A DNA stretch of 38,731 nt from Candidatus Aminicenantes bacterium. GTDB taxonomy: Bacteria; Acidobacteriota; Aminicenantia; Aminicenantales; Aminicenantaceae. The position numbers were made by a program, and so were the translations under genes. Position 1 is the stretch's first letter. Each line of letters begins with the position of its first letter. Below, piece after piece: positions 35,033 to 38,731 of the stretch. The stretch spans positions 1 to 38,731 of the forward strand of contig DAOUSP010000001.1 of the NCBI GenBank assembly GCA_030627155.1, in the 5' to 3' direction. Under the pieces are notes generated by a model. It was not told the DNA's origin. It saw only the letters and a list, made by a program, of their open reading frames with translations, and did not search any database.

Positions 35033-36824
35033 TACCCACTTGAATAAACTTCGAGCTCAATGCGAGAATCTTCCAGAAAAGCCTGGAATCTATTTTTTTA
35101 AAGATAGAGAAAACAACATCATTTACATAGGGAAGGCGAACTTATTAAGAAACCGTGTAAAATCGTATTTTCTCCCAACATCGGATTCAAAAATTAAATA
35201 TATTCTACGAGAAACAGAAATAATTGACTATATCTTAACAGATTCCGAGAAAGAGGCAGTTTTTCTCGAGAATAATTACATCAGAAAATACCAGCCAAAA
35301 TTCAATCTCAGACTCAAGGACGACAAAAGTTTTCCATACTTGAAATTGACTGTTCAAGAAGATTTTCCGAGCATTTCTCTCACAAGAAAAATAGAATCAG
35401 ACGGCTCTAAATACTTCGGCCCTTTTCACCCCGCACACCAGGCACGTAAAATCATACACCTGCTGAATAAATACTTTGGGATACGCTCCTGCCAGGACCC
35501 ACTTCCCCACAAAAGAAAACGCCCCTGTTTAGAATATGACATGAAACTCTGCACTGCCCCATGTGTCGGTTTCATTTCAAAGGAAGACTATCATGAAAAT
35601 ATCCTTAATGCTGTGTTATTTCTCGAAGGGAAGTCGGGTAAACTGACGCGTATTCTAAAACAAAAAATGCGCAAAGCCGCTGATAATCTTGAATACGAGC
35701 AGGCTGCCCATTGGAGAGATTTCATTCAGAGTATCGAAAACATCAAGGCAAAACAAAAAATAATTTCTTCTAAAATTGAAAACATAGATATTATCGGGTT
35801 TGCTCGCCAACAATCCAGTATTGCAATTTATGTATTTTTTATGCGGCATGGAAATGTAATTGAGTCTGAAAGCTTATTCTTTCAAGAAGACAAACCGATT
35901 CCAGACGAAGAAATTCTTTCTGCCCGGCTCATAAGTTTTTATAAGGAACAGGTGGACTTTCCAGATAAAATTCTTCTGCCCTTAAAACCTGCCAATCTCA
36001 CAAATTTATCTCAATATTTATCAACCAAAAAATCAAAAAAAATAGAAATAATTGTCCCATGCAGGGGGAAAAATAAACAATTAGTGGACCTTGCAAATAA
36101 AAACGCACAGGTTTTGCTTCAAAAAAAACAAGATGAATTGACTCCCTTAATTGAATTGAAAAACTTGCTTCATTTAGACCGATTACCTCGGCGGATAGAA
36201 GGATTTGACATTTCCAACACAGGCGGTGAAGAATCTGTAGGGTCTCTGGTTGTCTTCGAAGATGGAAAACCCAAAAAAAGCAAATACAGAAAATTCAAAA
36301 TCACCACGGTAAAAGGGCCAAATGATGTTGCAAGTCTTAAGGAAGTCATCCAGAGGCATTACACAAAGGTAAAAAAAGAGCAGCATCCTTTCCCTGATAT
36401 CATTTTAGTAGATGGAGGAAAAGGGCAACTGCATGCTACAAAAGGAGTCCTCGACAAGATAGGAGCACAGGAACCTTCATTAATTTCTATAGCCAAAAAG
36501 GAGGAGAAAATTTTTACTGCTTCCCAAAAAAATGGCATCTGCCTGGAGCGGACTTCTCCTGCATTAAAACTCATTCAGAACGTAAGAGACGAAGCCCACC
36601 GTTTCGCTTTATCATATCACCGCTTGCGGCGGGCAAAGAAAAGCTTTTCCTCAATATTAGATGAAGTTCCAGGTATAGGGAATAAAAGAAAGGCCAAACT
36701 TCTTACTTCATTCGAAAGTATAGAAGACATAAAAAGGGCCGATTCAGAACAACTGGCACAAATAATCGGGAAAACCGCAGCTAAGGAAGTTTTAAAAAAA
36801 TTAAGAAACCCAAAAACAAAATAA
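35025..36824 (+). CDS. uvrC: Excinuclease ABC subunit C
   Basis: 599 aa with a TTG start overlapping the uvrB stop by 8 nt. It has a GIY-YIG domain (PGIYFFKD...[14 protein letters not shown]), a UVR domain ([11 protein letters not shown]), the endonuclease V region and a C-terminal HhH ([13 protein letters not shown]). Confidence 0.95.
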   Translation: MLSTHLNKLRAQCENLPEKPGIYFFKDRENNIIYIGKANLLRNRVKSYFLPTSDSKIKYILRETEIIDYILTDSEKEAVFLENNYIRKYQPKFNLRLKDDKSFPYLKLTVQEDFPSISLTRKIESDGSKYFGPFHPAHQARKIIHLLNKYFGIRSCQDPLPHKRKRPCLEYDMKLCTAPCVGFISKEDYHENILNAVLFLEGKSGKLTRILKQKMRKAADNLEYEQAAHWRDFIQSIENIKAKQKIISSKIENIDIIGFARQQSSIAIYVFFMRHGNVIESESLFFQEDKPIPDEEILSARLISFYKEQVDFPDKILLPLKPANLTNLSQYLSTKKSKKIEIIVPCRGKNKQLVDLANKNAQVLLQKKQDELTPLIELKNLLHLDRLPRRIEGFDISNTGGEESVGSLVVFEDGKPKKSKYRKFKITTVKGPNDVASLKEVIQRHYTKVKKEQHPFPDIILVDGGKGQLHATKGVLDKIGAQEPSLISIAKKEEKIFTASQKNGICLERTSPALKLIQNVRDEAHRFALSYHRLRRAKKSFSSILDEVPGIGNKRKAKLLTSFESIEDIKRADSEQLAQIIGKTAAKEVLKKLRNPKTK

Positions 36825-36927
36825 TTTACCCAATTACAAGAAAATTATGCTTAATATCTTGATATAATTTATTATATAAAAAGTATCGGTAATTTTTATG
36901 AACAATTCAGGTTAATAGAGAGGTTTT

Positions 36928-37281
36928 ATGATAAAAGGAATAGGTATCGATATCATTGAAGTCGAACGGGTAAAAAAATTGGCAGAGAAAAATCCCCGGT
37001 TTTTTAAACGGATATTTACTTCAGAAGAAATTCGTTATTGCTCAGGCAAAAAGAATCAATATCAGCATTTAGCTGCACGATTCGCTGCAAAAGAAGCATT
37101 TTTTAAAGCCCTGGGAAGAAAAGTGGGCTGGACAAAGATTGGCGTTATTAATCTTCCTTCAGGAAAGCCCCAACTGGAAATCGACATCCAAGAAGCATTC
37201 CCCTTTGAAAAAGCCCATGTATCTCTGGCGCATCTTTCGACATATGCCACAGCTATAGTAATTCTCGAAAATAGGCGCTAA
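36928..37281 (+). CDS. acpS: Holo-[acyl-carrier-protein] synthase
   Basis: 117 aa with MIKGIGIDIIEVERV, RFAAKEAFFKALG and SLAHLSTYATAIVILE. Confidence 0.9.
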   Translation: MIKGIGIDIIEVERVKKLAEKNPRFFKRIFTSEEIRYCSGKKNQYQHLAARFAAKEAFFKALGRKVGWTKIGVINLPSGKPQLEIDIQEAFPFEKAHVSLAHLSTYATAIVILENRR

Positions 37282-37289
37282 CAGATTGT

Positions 37290-38504
37290 CTATACACTTA
37301 AAATCAGCCTTACTAAAAGGCTAAGAATAATTGCCACACTGATATTCAACCCAATAGAAATCATGGCTATCTTCTTCCCAATTTCTTTCCACATGATAGC
37401 AACTGTGGAAAGACAAGGAATAAAAAAACTCACAAAAACAGTAAACACAATCAACTGCTGTTGGGTGATTACTGTCATCAAATCTTGATAGCCCACGCCA
37501 AGCGACTGAAGCATCATAATCAAAGAAAGCTCTTTTCGTAAAAACCCAAAAATAAGCGTTACTCCAAGCCCAGGGGGCAGCCCCAGTCCTTTTTCTACCA
37601 ATGGAGATAGAATAATGTTTATTACATGGTCTAAATTAAAAAATTGCATTAACCCTAAAATAACACTTCCAATAATGAGCACAGGCCAAGCAAACAGAAT
37701 GAATGATTTAAGTTGAAAATAAGTTTTCTTCATGATGTTGGTCAACGATGGTATTTTTAATGTAGGAATCTCCAGAATCAATCCAGGAGAAGGCGTTTCA
37801 AAAAAAAGAGAAATAATCCGAGACAATACCCCCAAAATAATTAGAATACAAATATAAAATCCCAATGCCCAGAGAGGCCCCAGATAAAACGCTACAAGTG
37901 CCATAATAATAGTTGTACGCGCCGAACATGGAATGAATGGGATTAGGAGAGCCGTAATGATTCTATCCCTCCTTGACTCAAGTATTCGGGTGGAAACAAT
38001 AGCCGGGACACTACACCCAAACCCCAATATAAAGGAAGATACAGATTTTCCATGAAGGCCGATGCGATGCATAAAAGTATCCATTAAAAAACTCGCCCTG
38101 GCAAGATAACCAATATCCTCAAGTAGGGACATAAGAAAAAGAAGGGGAATAAAATAAGGCAAAACAATCGCGAGCCCCCCTCCTAAGCCTTGAACGAATC
38201 CGTCAACCACATAGTATAAGCCCCCGGAACCAAGCTCAAGAGAAAGAAATTGCCGAAAATGACTAAATGGACCCAGCAGTAATTCCTCCAGAGGCCCTCC
38301 GATTTTAAATATAGCAAAGAAAAAGCTAAAAAAAACAGCAATAAGGATGAGATATCCAAGAAAGGGATGCATAATAACATCATCGATTTTTTCCAATACT
38401 CCTAACTTTGCTCCTCTTTTCACCTGGCTGGTTTCTTCAAATATTTTGAGTGCAAGGTGATGCCTTTCTGCTGCAATCACTTCATAAGCAGGAGCATTAT
38501 GCAT
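37290..38504 (-). CDS. feoB: Ferrous iron transporter FeoB, membrane (gate/nucleoside-recognition) portion downstream of a frame break
   Basis: 404 aa collinear with E. coli FeoB from about residue 250 to the end: AAERHHLA vs ADARYQCI, then LLEDIGYLARASFLMD, GLHGKSVSSFILGFGCSVPA, IPFIPCSART and FIPCLSTVA. The frame is open upstream to 38548 without a plausible independent start context. Confidence 0.8.
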   Translation of the reverse strand: MHNAPAYEVIAAERHHLALKIFEETSQVKRGAKLGVLEKIDDVIMHPFLGYLILIAVFFSFFFAIFKIGGPLEELLLGPFSHFRQFLSLELGSGGLYYVVDGFVQGLGGGLAIVLPYFIPLLFLMSLLEDIGYLARASFLMDTFMHRIGLHGKSVSSFILGFGCSVPAIVSTRILESRRDRIITALLIPFIPCSARTTIIMALVAFYLGPLWALGFYICILIILGVLSRIISLFFETPSPGLILEIPTLKIPSLTNIMKKTYFQLKSFILFAWPVLIIGSVILGLMQFFNLDHVINIILSPLVEKGLGLPPGLGVTLIFGFLRKELSLIMMLQSLGVGYQDLMTVITQQQLIVFTVFVSFFIPCLSTVAIMWKEIGKKIAMISIGLNISVAIILSLLVRLILSV

Positions 38505-38521
38505 TTTTTCTAAATTTTCTC

Positions 38522-38731
38522 TTATCCGGTCAAGATTTTTTTCAATGGAGGATTTATTTCCTCAAGCATTTGAGTAAAATAGCTCTTCTCCATTTCAATC
38601 ATTTTTATGGCTGTAAATCTTTTATTGGCGACTATGGTAAAATCATCTGGAATGGCTTTTTCTAATTCTTTCACCTTCTCTTCAACATCTCTTGACCATT
38701 GAATAGATGAAGGAGCACGGCAATTATCAAG
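38522..38731 (-). CDS. feoB: FeoB helical-domain segment in a different frame; partial, continuing off the right edge
   Basis: The frame is open from 38731 and reads LDNCRAPSSIQWSRDVEEKVKELEKAIPDDFTIVANKRFTAIKMIEMEKSYFTQMLEEINPPLKKILTG*. Adding one A to the A7 run (plus-strand T7, 38536-38542) joins it to the 37290..38504 frame as ...PPLKKNLDRIRENLEKMHNAP... Confidence 0.7.
   Translation of the reverse strand, partial: LDNCRAPSSIQWSRDVEEKVKELEKAIPDDFTIVANKRFTAIKMIEMEKSYFTQMLEEINPPLKKILTG

Noticed and set aside
1-38731. A CRISPR array, retron/DGR, toxin-antitoxin pair or other recognisable defence system.
   Set aside because: I saw no regularly spaced direct repeats, no reverse transcriptase, no nuclease/ATPase defence-type ORFs and no small paired ORFs on either strand. 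The only repeats present are those reported above.

Overview
This is a 38.7-kb window from a low-GC bacterium that appears to be diderm, since it carries LPS heptose genes and a CsgG-type lipoprotein. It uses the standard genetic code: TAA, TGA and TAG all terminate well-supported genes. I found no rRNA, no CRISPR array and no intact mobile element.

Layout, left to right:
(1) ADP-heptose/LPS-core operon: hldA, hldC, a waaC-like GT9 gene and an ICMT-type membrane methyltransferase, followed by trmH.
(2) Two divergently transcribed ECF sigma modules. The minus-strand module is sigma, a one-TM anti-sigma, and an HtrA-like 2xPDZ protein whose catalytic His and Asp look substituted. The plus-strand module is sigma, a zf-HC2 anti-sigma, two LiaF-TM-like membrane proteins and a DUF4097/LiaG-like beta-helix protein.
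(3) An orphan 299-aa ORF, a lipoate-ligase-family gene and tRNA-Gly(CCC), with a decayed excisionase-type HTH gene beside the tRNA.
(4) A block of mostly secreted hydrolases: aldo-keto reductase, a beta-propeller GH-like protein, a DUF885 pseudogene, a cadherin-like secreted protein, an S15 CocE/NonD peptidase, an M24-like protein and a 902-aa BNR/sortilin-like protein. The block is littered with gene relics.
(5) An arginine-centred cluster, which I consider the most interesting part. It holds pyruvoyl arginine decarboxylase, an uncharacterised P-loop NTPase, ornithine carbamoyltransferase, a carbamate kinase relic found only by reading the intergenic DNA, a GC-rich and apparently acquired amidinotransferase, and a class-V-fold PLP enzyme.
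(6) Bactofilin, a CsgG-family lipoprotein, uvrB, uvrC, acpS and a frameshift-split feoB that runs off the right edge.

All family calls come from by-eye motif recognition and remembered reference sequences. None has been confirmed by a search.
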